From an uncultured Candidatus Saccharibacteria bacterium (lineage in GTDB: Bacteria; Patescibacteriota; Minisyncoccia; Phycocordibacterales; CAIRYW01): a DNA stretch of 64,000 nucleotides. The notes below the pieces were generated by a model. The model was given only the letters and a program-made list of their open reading frames with translations, made no database searches and was not told the DNA's origin. Below, one piece after another: positions 39,704 to 51,277 of the stretch (its first letter is position 1; each line of letters opens with the position of its first letter). Location: positions 22,398 to 86,397 of the forward strand of contig CAZOAK010000001.1 of assembly GCA_964577785.1 (NCBI GenBank), read 5' to 3'. A program made the position numbers and the translations under genes.

Positions 39704-39778
39704 TTAACAACAAAGACCAACTCTCAAACTGTTTTGAGAATCTTTGGCTAGAATGACCTTTGTTGTTTTGAAATTCAT
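39704..39778 (-). promoter_or_regulatory. Candidate leader peptide/attenuator
   Basis: Leaderless 24-aa ORF ending Cys-Cys, overlapping hairpins, terminator-like hairpin before ATG 39643. Confidence 0.45.
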
Positions 39779-39937
39779 AGATGTAATTATATATCACCCT
39801 ATTTAAAATGCAAATAACAAACAAAAGGTTGTTAGATAGTAAGTTTGTGAGTTGGTTAGAAAAATCACGGCACCATAGGTGCCGTGATTTTGCGTCTTCT
39901 TTACAACCTCACCATCTTACCAACTAACCAGCTTCTT

Positions 39938-42466
39938 TTAATTTACCTCCACCGCACTCCAGTTCACTCTACATGCAGTTTCTATTGAAGAGACATCTCC
40001 ACTATCTATCTGAGTACATGTCATTTTTGGTACAGTATCTTTGATAATATTGTCTATTGAATGGGATACTGGTGCCGTAGTTGATCCTGGTGAGAAGCTA
40101 ACAGTTTCTGTTGCTGTACTGAATACACATCTTGTAAAGTAGTCATATGTTTTGAAAACATCAGTACTCCAATCAATAACACAACTGTATCCCTTATTTC
40201 CTAATTCAGGATCAGCTTCTAATGATTTGAATGATACAGATCCAACCTCATCAGCGGCAATATTTGGATTTAGTTCAAAGTATTCTGCAGCTGTGCCAGA
40301 GTTGCATGCATCAGCATTAGATAAACATTGCTGAACTAACTCACAGTAATATGTACCAGATGGACATCCTCCACCTCCTCCACCTCCACCACCATTACAT
40401 CCAACACATGGAACATCAGGATTGTCTTCATTCAAAGAATCAGTCGTTAGACTACAGTTTGCATTTGATCCGCCATATGTGCCAAGACATGACCATGCGT
40501 AAGTAGTCCCAGATAGAACACCTCCCGACATTGACCCTACTGAACAGTAGGACGAATATGCTGGCCATGATGTTATTTTATTTAATCCATTGACACCTCC
40601 ACAAACTCCAGGTACTGGAGGTGGTACACTACAAACACCATAACTATTTGGGACCCTGCCTGTTGCACAATGCACATAATACGGTACATAACCACTAATA
40701 ATGTAGCACCCATCAGTAATATAAAAACTTATTTTCTGCGCACCCGCTTTATCACCTACAGAAACTGATCTGGTGGTAAAGGTATCTGAATCCTGATAGG
40801 TAGTATGTCCTCCTGAAACTTCTGTGTAATGGAACTGTCTGTCTCCGGTAGAGCCATCACCACTGTTATAGAAATTTAGAATTAAATGATTTGTACTATT
40901 GGTACATGCCTCAAAAGTAACATTTCCTGAAAGTGCAATCGTAGACCCTTCTACATAATGAGAGTTGTCATAGGGTGTATAAATAGTTATACCAGGTGGT
41001 GAATACATTTCTATTGTGCATCCATAATATGTATTTGTGTATATCCATCCGTTCGCAGTTATTGGTAATGCAACCGCTGATGCAAAAATAATAAGTGATA
41101 GTGTGGAAATGTTTATTTTTCTCCTTCTAAATAAAACAATCCCAATTATAATAATCAAAGTAATAACGATTATAATGGTAACACTTCTCACAGTCTTGGC
41201 AGACTTTTCCTCGTTAGAAACTTTGTCATAATCATTAGACAATTTTGACTCTTGTCTCATAAGCAAAACCCCATCTTTATTATAAACAGATACAACAGCC
41301 TTCATAACTTTAGCATCCTTTAGGGCACTTAGCGTTATTGGACCTTTTTTATCTTGAGACAGGTCAAATGTATCGGAATAACTAGCAACTAAATCATCCA
41401 ATTCATTTAAGACCACTATATTTATTTTACCGATCCCGGGTTTCTCGGGCTTGGCAACAGATGCACCATTCTTTTTGAGCATCTGATTCACAATTTCAAT
41501 ATCAAAAGGTCTGCCAGATACTAAGAAATTAAGAATAAATTCATCACCAAATTTTACCTGAGATTTATTAGATGATAAGTCGTGCAATGCGGCAATGTCC
41601 CCAGCAACGATATATCTAACACCAATTCTGGTTGCAAGCTGATTACCTTTTTCATCATTTAATAATATCTCAGCAAAATAGACCGCTGGTGTATACTCAA
41701 ATACTGGTAAATCTATCGAAACCTTTTTTAATTCACCAGCCTTTAGGATAATCGGATTCTGCTTGATATCTAACTTCTCACTTTTGTCATGCTGATTGTA
41801 TACATTAATTAGAGGATTGATTGATAATTGATTCAAAGAGTTATTTTCTAGATTAACTGAAAGGTGTGCGGTTTTAGGATCCTTATCTTTATAAATTGTT
41901 GGACCCTCAGTTAAATCATATTCTTTATTATTATCTAGAATTAATTTTGCATTGGTTACCGAAAGCCTGTTTGAATTATTTGCGACAGTAATATAATGAC
42001 TACTACCCTGATTCATGATCACTGAATTAATGGAATACAAATTAATATGTACAGCTAACTTGGAGCCTTTTATGAATTGAGGCACTTTGTACTTAAAAAT
42101 AATTTTTTTTGTTTCACCTCCACTAACGTCACCAACAGAACTTAATGAAGTAGCATCAAGAAAGGTGTTTGTTATCTTCAGATCCTTATTAATTTCTTCA
42201 TAGTCACTTCCAATTAGAACTCTGTATGATAAATTCTTTAGAACAGAATCTCCATGGTTCGTCACGGTAAAACTACCGTTTACTTCATCGCCGGCCTTGT
42301 ACTCCGTGTCATTTATTAAAACATTATCAACCGAAGCACTCGACATTTGAATATTTACACCACTCACACTATTTTGTGGAATGGTATTAGCAGGATTTAC
42401 TTCAACACCAAAAGCTGTGGTTGAAACAAACAATATTGATAAAACTGAAAAAAAAATCTTTTTCAT
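39938..42466 (-). CDS. Large Cys-rich surface protein, paralog B
   Basis: Signal peptide, beta-rich region, TM, second signal-like segment, ends CRVNWSAVEVN. Confidence 0.85.
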   Translation of the reverse strand: MKKIFFSVLSILFVSTTAFGVEVNPANTIPQNSVSGVNIQMSSASVDNVLINDTEYKAGDEVNGSFTVTNHGDSVLKNLSYRVLIGSDYEEINKDLKITNTFLDATSLSSVGDVSGGETKKIIFKYKVPQFIKGSKLAVHINLYSINSVIMNQGSSHYITVANNSNRLSVTNAKLILDNNKEYDLTEGPTIYKDKDPKTAHLSVNLENNSLNQLSINPLINVYNQHDKSEKLDIKQNPIILKAGELKKVSIDLPVFEYTPAVYFAEILLNDEKGNQLATRIGVRYIVAGDIAALHDLSSNKSQVKFGDEFILNFLVSGRPFDIEIVNQMLKKNGASVAKPEKPGIGKINIVVLNELDDLVASYSDTFDLSQDKKGPITLSALKDAKVMKAVVSVYNKDGVLLMRQESKLSNDYDKVSNEEKSAKTVRSVTIIIVITLIIIIGIVLFRRRKINISTLSLIIFASAVALPITANGWIYTNTYYGCTIEMYSPPGITIYTPYDNSHYVEGSTIALSGNVTFEACTNSTNHLILNFYNSGDGSTGDRQFHYTEVSGGHTTYQDSDTFTTRSVSVGDKAGAQKISFYITDGCYIISGYVPYYVHCATGRVPNSYGVCSVPPPVPGVCGGVNGLNKITSWPAYSSYCSVGSMSGGVLSGTTYAWSCLGTYGGSNANCSLTTDSLNEDNPDVPCVGCNGGGGGGGGGCPSGTYYCELVQQCLSNADACNSGTAAEYFELNPNIAADEVGSVSFKSLEADPELGNKGYSCVIDWSTDVFKTYDYFTRCVFSTATETVSFSPGSTTAPVSHSIDNIIKDTVPKMTCTQIDSGDVSSIETACRVNWSAVEVN

Positions 42467-42621
42467 GAATAAAATATTAATTAATAATTATTATAATTTA
42501 TGTTTACGTATAACATGTTAATTCTATCACCTATGCTATTTAAAATCATCAATTAATGTTAACAAATACACCGCGCCTAAAGGCGCGGTGTTGATTGTAT
42601 TCATAATTCTTATTCCTTACC

Positions 42622-45036
42622 TTAATTAACTTCTACAGCACTCCAGTTCACCCTGCAGATTGCCTCCTTGGAGGCAGTAGCAGTACCGTCTATTTGAACA
42701 CAGCTCATTTTAGTTAGTGTGTCTACTTGAACATCGTATATTGTTTGTGAAGTAGGGGCTGTAGTCGATGCTGGAGAAAAATTGATTGTATTCAAAGGGG
42801 TGGTGAATGTACATCTGGTGTAATTGTCATATGATTTGAATACATCGTCACTCCAATCAATGACGCAACTATAACCTTTATTACCTATTAAGGGTGATGG
42901 AACTAAAGTTTTTAAAGATACTGGACCCTCATTATCAAGTTTAATGTTTGGATTTGGAACGAAGTCTGCTGTACAAGTTTCTCCGCTTAGTAGACACACA
43001 CCGTCACAATATTTACCTGAAGCACAAGAACTGCTACCACCACCAGTAATTCCACCCCCTGTATTATCCCCATTAGTTTTGGAAGCAAGACATGAAGATA
43101 TATTATTTGCACCACTTACATTTGTTCCAGTACATGACCATGACCATTTACCATTTTGTGTTGTAACAGAGGATGCTGTCCCTGAAGAGCACAGGTTTGT
43201 TGATGGTTGTGCCGATGTTCCAACACCATTAGCAGATCCGCAAATTCCATCGTATGTCAAAACTGGGGGGACAGGAGGCTCTGGGACGACAATGTGGACC
43301 CATTTATTATCCACTACTTGACCGCCATACACTGTATCTGTATTTATACCCTGATATAGGAGCCAGTATGAGCCAGGGGTTGTAGGTGCATAAAATGGTC
43401 CAGCAACAAAAGTTGTGTTGTGGGGATAGAAACCATGATCCTTTAAGTTAAGTCCGCCGGCAGTATCTATAACACCAAGACGATGGACCTCTCCCCAACT
43501 GCTTGATACATTTACTCTAATATTAGATGCTGCATTGGTGCATGCTGTGTACCACACACTTCCAGTAGTATAAAATGCCTGTCCTGGATTCAAAACCTGC
43601 CAATCATACGGTGAGGCAGGACTAAGTGTGATAGCAAGACTATCTGCCGCACGAGCATTGGTTGGTGTGAATAAGGTCATAGCAGATATAAGTATAAATA
43701 ATCCCATCATACCCGCATTAGAAGCTCTATTTTTTTTCATCATAAAAAAGATAATCACTCCAATAATTAGCAGCAATGTTGCAAAGAGTAACTTGTTGAG
43801 TGGTCTCGTATGGTTTTTTTCAAATTCAGCAGCTTTAATATCATAATCAGCACTAAGATTTTTCTTGTAATCTAATATTAGTTCTCCTAAATCGTTGTGC
43901 ACTGTAACAGATACTCTTAGAGCTTGAGCTGAAGCAGATGATTTAATGTATTTCTTTAAAACCGTATTACCTGAAATAAGAAACGTATCTTTTACAGAAG
44001 CCACAAGTTGATTCTTTTCATTATAAATATTTACAGTTACGGTACCTTTTTCTTCAGAATCAGTAGAAGAAGGTTTACCACTTCTTATTTCTGACATATC
44101 AGGAGCTGTGCCAGTAAGGAGTGCGTCGAGCGCAAATAGTTCATTATTATTCAAAATTTCTTTGTCAACAGAAATACTTTGAACTGTCGCAATATTGCCT
44201 CCGACTATGTACCGAGCTTCAACAAATGATTCGAGCTGACGACCGCTGGAATCTTTAAGTATTATATCTGTTAGGTAAATTCCCGGCTTATATAGGGCTG
44301 TAGGCAATGGAATAGCTACTTGCTTAGTCTCCTTTGCCTTTAAGTCAAAGGATGTTCCTTTGCTTTCTTGAATTTCAAGCATGTCACTTTGCTTATATAG
44401 ATTTATTTGTGGAATGATTGTTATAGAAGTGTCATTTGGGTTTGTGACTGAGAGAACTATAGAAGCACTCTTTGGATCTTTGTCTTTATATATCGTGGGA
44501 CCATCTCCAAGACCAAATGACTCTCCATTACTCAAAACAACCGCAGCACTATTAATCATGATACCCTCCCCACCCTTTTTTATATTAAAGTAATCACTAT
44601 CCCCCCATGTTATAAGCTGTCCTGATTGTGTGTAGATATCGATGTGTATTGCCAATTCATCACCCCCAACAAAAGCTGGTATAATATATTTGAATGGGAT
44701 ACTTACTGATTTATCTTTTGCTATAGAAATATCTCCTTGTCTGGGACTAAAATCAAGGATATTACTTGAAGATTTTATACCTGGAGCAATTTCTACATAA
44801 TCTGTACCGATCAACAGTTGGAACATAAGTCCAGTTACAGCAAACTGAGAGTGATTTTCTAAGACGAATGATCCGTTTACTGTCTCACCAGCGTTATAAG
44901 AGGTTTTGTCTGTGATGATACTGGCTACGTGTAAACTCGTCTGATTATCCTTGCTTATCGAAACCACTTCAGCATTTGTGAATATGGATAATGAAAAAAG
45001 TATAAACAATAAAATTGGGGTAATGTATTTTTTCAT
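42622..45036 (-). CDS. Large Cys-rich surface protein, paralog A
   Basis: Same layout; shares GPTIYKDKDPK and GNKGYSCVIDWS...CRVNWSAVEVN. Confidence 0.85.
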   Translation of the reverse strand: MKKYITPILLFILFSLSIFTNAEVVSISKDNQTSLHVASIITDKTSYNAGETVNGSFVLENHSQFAVTGLMFQLLIGTDYVEIAPGIKSSSNILDFSPRQGDISIAKDKSVSIPFKYIIPAFVGGDELAIHIDIYTQSGQLITWGDSDYFNIKKGGEGIMINSAAVVLSNGESFGLGDGPTIYKDKDPKSASIVLSVTNPNDTSITIIPQINLYKQSDMLEIQESKGTSFDLKAKETKQVAIPLPTALYKPGIYLTDIILKDSSGRQLESFVEARYIVGGNIATVQSISVDKEILNNNELFALDALLTGTAPDMSEIRSGKPSSTDSEEKGTVTVNIYNEKNQLVASVKDTFLISGNTVLKKYIKSSASAQALRVSVTVHNDLGELILDYKKNLSADYDIKAAEFEKNHTRPLNKLLFATLLLIIGVIIFFMMKKNRASNAGMMGLFILISAMTLFTPTNARAADSLAITLSPASPYDWQVLNPGQAFYTTGSVWYTACTNAASNIRVNVSSSWGEVHRLGVIDTAGGLNLKDHGFYPHNTTFVAGPFYAPTTPGSYWLLYQGINTDTVYGGQVVDNKWVHIVVPEPPVPPVLTYDGICGSANGVGTSAQPSTNLCSSGTASSVTTQNGKWSWSCTGTNVSGANNISSCLASKTNGDNTGGGITGGGSSSCASGKYCDGVCLLSGETCTADFVPNPNIKLDNEGPVSLKTLVPSPLIGNKGYSCVIDWSDDVFKSYDNYTRCTFTTPLNTINFSPASTTAPTSQTIYDVQVDTLTKMSCVQIDGTATASKEAICRVNWSAVEVN

Positions 45037-45140
45037 TAAAATTAAATATTATTATAAAATAAAAGTGCAGTATAATTGTAGCACTAATACAAATTTAGAA
45101 AGGAATGTATGTGTGTGGATAAACACTAACTAATCAATAT

Positions 45141-46349
<1,209 letters not shown>

Positions 46350-46811
46350 TTATCCATGTAGGTGTATTTCTACAGCTTCAATCTCAAATATTAAAACACT
46401 ATTCGCAGGAATAAGATTTGGTATTGCCCTATCACCATACGCCATAGCAGGAGGTATAGTTAATTTTCTCTTTTCTCCTATTTTAATACCCTGCAATCCC
46501 TGTTCCCAACCCTTAATTACCCTACCTTCACCAATGGTTACGGGAAATGGCGCACCTCTCTTGTATGAATTATCAAATTCAAAACCATTCTCCAGTGTCC
46601 CAATATAGTTAACGACGACTTCATCACCAACTCTAGCCGAGACACCAGATCCCTCACTCAAAATCTCTATTTTTACATCATTTAACATAATATCCTTTTT
46701 AAAATTTTTTAAAAAACCAAATAAATAAATAGCTAATCCAGTAACAATAATCACAACGATAAGAGATGCTATTTTACCCAATGTATTGTGAATTTTATCC
46801 CCTTCTATCAT
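46350..46811 (-). CDS. FKBP-type peptidyl-prolyl isomerase
   Basis: Y.GTL.NG..FDNS, VIKGWEQG, IPP.MAYG. Confidence 0.93.
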   Translation of the reverse strand: MIEGDKIHNTLGKIASLIVVIIVTGLAIYLFGFLKNFKKDIMLNDVKIEILSEGSGVSARVGDEVVVNYIGTLENGFEFDNSYKRGAPFPVTIGEGRVIKGWEQGLQGIKIGEKRKLTIPPAMAYGDRAIPNLIPANSVLIFEIEAVEIHLHG

Positions 46812-46868
46812 GATAATTAATATAGCAGATTTTTGTTAATTTAAACAGGTTTACTGTATAATTGCCAG

Positions 46869-48221
46869 ATGCATGAAAATAACCTAACAAATGGCTCAAT
46901 ATCAAAACAAATTTTAATGATAACTATTCCTGCTTCCATTGGATTTTTCTTCAACACAATGTTCAATGTTGTGGATACTTATTTTGGCGGGAAGCTAGGT
47001 GACTCAGCCCTTGCAGGATTATCCGCCGCCTTTCCTGCGTTTTTTATTATTTTGGCTATTTCTACTGGTATTTCTAGTGCCACGACAGCCCTTGTTGCCA
47101 ATTATATGGGAAAAAAAGATGAGAAAAGGGCTAAAGAATATTATGTTCAAGGAATATTTCTCGGAGTAATTTTTGGGATTGCCCTCACTATAATTGGGCT
47201 TGCTTTTGGCAGACCACTTTTATCACTACTCAATCTCCCAGACCCTGTTATGAGTTATGCTCTTGATTACCTAAATATAATTTTCTTAGGTACTACTTTT
47301 TTTGTATTAGCTAGCGTTCTGAATTCATATTTAAATGCACAAGGTAAAACTAAAATATTTAGAAACCTACTCGTAACGGCTTTTTTCTTGAACGTTATAT
47401 TCGATCCATGGTTTATGTATGGAGGATTTGGTGTACCAAAAATGGGAATCCAAGGAATAGCGTTTGCAACTGTTTTAGTGCAAGCCATAGAATGTCTGTA
47501 CCTAGCATATTATCTAAAGAAAAGAGAAATATTAAGTGGTAAATGGAAAAACTTTACTCTTAAATTAGACATTTCAAAACAAATACTTATTCAGGCTTTG
47601 CCATCAAGTTTGAACATGATGAACATTGCTATTGGAAGTTTTATTATAAATTATTTTATATCTGTATATGGTGCTGATGCTATTGCAGGATATGGTGTCG
47701 CAGTCCGCATTGAACAAATTGCACTGATACCAACAATTGGATTAAATATTGCCGCACTTTCGCTTGCTGGACAGAATAATGGTGCACATAAATTTGATAG
47801 AGTAAGAGAGACTGTAAAAATATCGATCAAATATGGATTATGTGCAATGATATTTTCTATTCTTGTGACTGTAGTATTCGGTAAAATCCTGATAGGACTT
47901 TTCACTACAAGTAACAACATTTCCAGCATTGGAATGAATTATTTGTACGTTGCAATACTCATATTTATGGCTTATGTGATTTCTTTTGTTTCTAGCTCTA
48001 CACTCCAAGGTATTAAATATCCCAACCGCGCACTAATAGCTGGCGTCCTGCGCCAAATCATCCTGCCTATTATTATTTTTCCAATTGTTGTTTACAAATT
48101 AAATTTAGGAATTGAATCGATCTGGTGGTCACTGCTCATTATAAACTGGATAGGAGCAATTCTATCGCTTATAATTGCGAACAAGAGTATTAATCAAAGA
48201 GAAAAAGAAGTCATAATATAA
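46869..48221 (+). CDS. MATE efflux transporter
   Basis: LT.GSI, NVVDT, LNVIFDP, GI.G.A.AT, GQNNGA; about 12 TM. Confidence 0.93.
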   Translation: MHENNLTNGSISKQILMITIPASIGFFFNTMFNVVDTYFGGKLGDSALAGLSAAFPAFFIILAISTGISSATTALVANYMGKKDEKRAKEYYVQGIFLGVIFGIALTIIGLAFGRPLLSLLNLPDPVMSYALDYLNIIFLGTTFFVLASVLNSYLNAQGKTKIFRNLLVTAFFLNVIFDPWFMYGGFGVPKMGIQGIAFATVLVQAIECLYLAYYLKKREILSGKWKNFTLKLDISKQILIQALPSSLNMMNIAIGSFIINYFISVYGADAIAGYGVAVRIEQIALIPTIGLNIAALSLAGQNNGAHKFDRVRETVKISIKYGLCAMIFSILVTVVFGKILIGLFTTSNNISSIGMNYLYVAILIFMAYVISFVSSSTLQGIKYPNRALIAGVLRQIILPIIIFPIVVYKLNLGIESIWWSLLIINWIGAILSLIIANKSINQREKEVII

Positions 48222-48247
48222 ATTAAATACTTATAACAAACCAATAT

Positions 48248-48856
48248 ATGAAAAAACAAAAACAGATATTAATTATAAATGGCGGTATGACCTTTAAAAG
48301 CAAAAAGGATTATTTAGATTTTCTAAGAAAAAGAGAAGTATCTATGGGTAAAAGATCCAAATGGAGTGATGATTATTTAGATAAAAAACTCGGCAAGAAT
48401 TTTGAGATCACTCGCCCTCGCATGCCACTTCAGGATGATGCTAAATATGAAGAATGGAAAATTCATTTTGAGAGATATATACCTCATCTTCGAAACGGCA
48501 CAATCCTTATTGGCACTTCTTTGGGTGGAATATTCCTTGCACAATACCTGTCCGAAAATAAATTTCCAAAAAGGCTTGGCGGAGTATTCCTTGTATGTCC
48601 CCCATTTGATGGAACATTAAGTAGTGAAGATTTGGTGGGTGGATTCCGACTCCAAAGTGATTTATCACTTCTTGCAAAATCTTCAAAAAATCTTTATTTA
48701 TTGTTTTCAGCAGATGACGACGTGGTACCAGTGGAGCATGCAGAAAAATATAGAAAAAAACTTCCAAATGCAAAAATTCTAATTTATAAAAGCAAAAACG
48801 GACATTTCTTGGTTAAAGAATTTCCAGAGATTATTAAACTGATTCAGAAATTGTAA
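48248..48856 (+). CDS. RBBP9/YdeN-like alpha/beta hydrolase
   Basis: GTSLGG, DD.VVP, GHF. Confidence 0.85.
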   Translation: MKKQKQILIINGGMTFKSKKDYLDFLRKREVSMGKRSKWSDDYLDKKLGKNFEITRPRMPLQDDAKYEEWKIHFERYIPHLRNGTILIGTSLGGIFLAQYLSENKFPKRLGGVFLVCPPFDGTLSSEDLVGGFRLQSDLSLLAKSSKNLYLLFSADDDVVPVEHAEKYRKKLPNAKILIYKSKNGHFLVKEFPEIIKLIQKL

Positions 48857-48870
48857 GATTCTGATCGAAG

Positions 48871-48900
48871 CATTTACCCATTCGTACGAATGGGTAAATG
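48871..48900. repeat. 30-bp palindrome, copy 2
   Basis: catttacccattcgtacgaatgggtaaatg between convergent genes. Confidence 0.85.
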
Positions 48901-48946
48901 CCCTAGTTCATAAAAGGCCATCAGTAGATGATACCCGTGAGCGGTA

Positions 48947-50194
48947 CTAAGCTGAAACCTGAAAGCTTTCCCCCATTGCATCATTCACTTTTTTGATCGC
49001 AATCATATAACAGGCTGTCCTCATATCAACATTTTTATCCATCATCATTTTATAACAATCATCGAACGCTTTCTCGATATTAATTTTTAGCTTCTCCAAT
49101 ACACTGTCCTTGTCCCATTTTTCGCTGTGAATATTTTGATACCATTCAAAATATGACACCGTCACACCTCCACTGTTAGATAAAATATCTGGAACAAACA
49201 AAATACCTTTTTTATGTAAAATAATGTCTGCCTCTGGAGTTAATGGCCCATTAGCCATTTCAATAATAAATTTAGCCTTAATTTTACTTGCATTATCTGA
49301 CGTTATTACATTTTCCAAAGCTGCAGGCACCAAAACATCAACATCTAACTCCAGTAATTCACGATTTGTAATGTATGAAGCACCTTCAAAGCCCATAAGA
49401 CTACCATTTGTCTTTTTATACTCAATTACCTTTTTAATATCTAGGCCATTTGGGTTGTATAGTGCACCCTTAGAATCTGACAGCGTCACAACTTTGTAAC
49501 CATGATATTCCGCACTAATAGCAAAATATTCGGCAACATTACCCAACCCCTGTATTGCAATCTTTAAATCTTTTGGATTTAGTTGCTTCTCTTCCATTAA
49601 TTTATTCAATACGTGAACACCCCCATACCCTGTCGCCTCTGTACGACCTTCACTCCCACCGTTATTAAGAGTCTTGCCTGTAAATGTTGCTAATTCATTT
49701 TTACCAACTATTTTTGAATACTCATCAGTCATCCAATTCATTATTTCGCCTGTAGTATACATATCAGGTGCTGGAACATCTTTGTTGGGCCCAATGACGT
49801 CAGAGATTGCACGAACAAATGACCGAGAAAGATTTTCTAATTCAGTTTTTGACAAAGTTTTTGTATCAACAATTACACCCCCTTTACCACCACCAAACGG
49901 AATATCAGCAACCGCACACTTCCATGTCATCCAACTAGAAAGTGCCTTAACTTCTGATTCTGTAACCTCAGGACTAAATCTGAGTCCACCCTTATATGGT
50001 CCTCTGGCATTGTTATGCTGAGACCTAAATCCTACAAATGTTTTAATATCCCCATTATCCATTTTCACTGAAAAATTTACCCTAACAACTCTTTGTGGTT
50101 CTAATATTCTATTTAATTCATTCTCATTCAAACCAAGAATACCGCCAGCCTTTTTAATCTGTATAATTGAATTTTCAAATGGATCGTTTGTCAT
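48947..50194 (-). CDS. gdhA: Glutamate dehydrogenase (Glu/Leu/Phe/Val family)
   Basis: GPYKGGLRF, GGGKGG, DVPAPD, GR.EATGYG, EMANGP, GGVTVSYFEW. Confidence 0.93.
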   Translation of the reverse strand: MTNDPFENSIIQIKKAGGILGLNENELNRILEPQRVVRVNFSVKMDNGDIKTFVGFRSQHNNARGPYKGGLRFSPEVTESEVKALSSWMTWKCAVADIPFGGGKGGVIVDTKTLSKTELENLSRSFVRAISDVIGPNKDVPAPDMYTTGEIMNWMTDEYSKIVGKNELATFTGKTLNNGGSEGRTEATGYGGVHVLNKLMEEKQLNPKDLKIAIQGLGNVAEYFAISAEYHGYKVVTLSDSKGALYNPNGLDIKKVIEYKKTNGSLMGFEGASYITNRELLELDVDVLVPAALENVITSDNASKIKAKFIIEMANGPLTPEADIILHKKGILFVPDILSNSGGVTVSYFEWYQNIHSEKWDKDSVLEKLKINIEKAFDDCYKMMMDKNVDMRTACYMIAIKKVNDAMGESFQVSA

Positions 50195-50257
50195 TTTTTT
50201 AAAAAATATTTTTAATCAAATAATTATATCACTCAATCAGAAAAGTGATTAATCAAT

Positions 50258-50761
50258 TCAAATCTTCCTACTATCGTATGCCCAGTGCAGAAGAGCTTGA
50301 CGTTGTTTTGGTCGACAATAGATGTCACATGCCCTGCAGTTATTTGCCACCTGTGCACAATGACGTTTCATTTGTCTCCAACGCCTTATTTGACGAGCAT
50401 CCTCATCGGGAATTCTTCTACCCATGTAATAGCGACAATACCACTCAAACCAACCACGAGGGTCGTATTTTGATATCCATCCTTTATTTCGCCAAACCGA
50501 AATGCTCTGGCTTGCATTGACTCCAAAATAATTTTTATTCTTCTTGTTTGATAATTTGGCATTAAGAAACCAGTCGCTTGGGTATTCATCTACCGCACTA
50601 TTTAAATATTTACCCCCAAAAATACCTAGGCCTAACATTTGTTTAGGTGTTAAATCTGGTTTAAATTCAACATCAAAATTTTTACCCATCGGTTCTTCCA
50701 ATTTATATTTATACTTTTTCTGCATCAAATTATTAGCTTTGACAATCTTGCCCTTAAACAT
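50258..50761 (-). CDS. Conserved hypothetical protein
   Basis: F.P.LTPKQML.LG.FGGKY, DPRGWF.WYCRYY.GRR. Confidence 0.75.
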   Translation of the reverse strand: MFKGKIVKANNLMQKKYKYKLEEPMGKNFDVEFKPDLTPKQMLGLGIFGGKYLNSAVDEYPSDWFLNAKLSNKKNKNYFGVNASQSISVWRNKGWISKYDPRGWFEWYCRYYMGRRIPDEDARQIRRWRQMKRHCAQVANNCRACDIYCRPKQRQALLHWAYDSRKI

Positions 50762-50796
50762 GTTATAATATTTTTTAATAATTAATTTGAAATTGC

Positions 50797-51243
50797 ATGA
50801 ATAAGATAATCATACTATTAGTATCAATAATAATCATTGTTGCTGGAATTTTAACATACAAACAGGTCAGTTTGGAATCTAGAGAAGATGAAATAAATAT
50901 TGAAAAGAGTACAGGCAATGTAATCAAACAGGATGTCATTCCTGTCACTGAAACAAAAGTGAGCGAGCCAATAGCAGAACCAAAATCAGTTACTGCACCA
51001 TCAGGACCAAAGGTATTTACAATGACAGAAGTACAGGCAAACAACACAGAATCAAATTGTTTGACAGCTATTAACGGCAAAGTTTATGATTTGACTGCAT
51101 TCGTGACAAAACATCCAGGTGGAGACAGAAACATTCTAAGAATATGTGGCAAGGACGGATCAAGCACATTTGAAGGTCAGCATGGTGGTGAAGGTAAACC
51201 AGAAAAAATATTAGCTGGTTTTGAAATAGGTATTTTAAAATAA
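50797..51243 (+). CDS. Cytochrome b5-like heme-binding protein
   Basis: I.GKVYDLT.F..KHPGG...CGKD...F..QH. Confidence 0.88.
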   Translation: MNKIIILLVSIIIIVAGILTYKQVSLESREDEINIEKSTGNVIKQDVIPVTETKVSEPIAEPKSVTAPSGPKVFTMTEVQANNTESNCLTAINGKVYDLTAFVTKHPGGDRNILRICGKDGSSTFEGQHGGEGKPEKILAGFEIGILK

Positions 51244-51277
51244 CTTAAACAAATAACCTCGAGCTTCTAGCTTGAGG

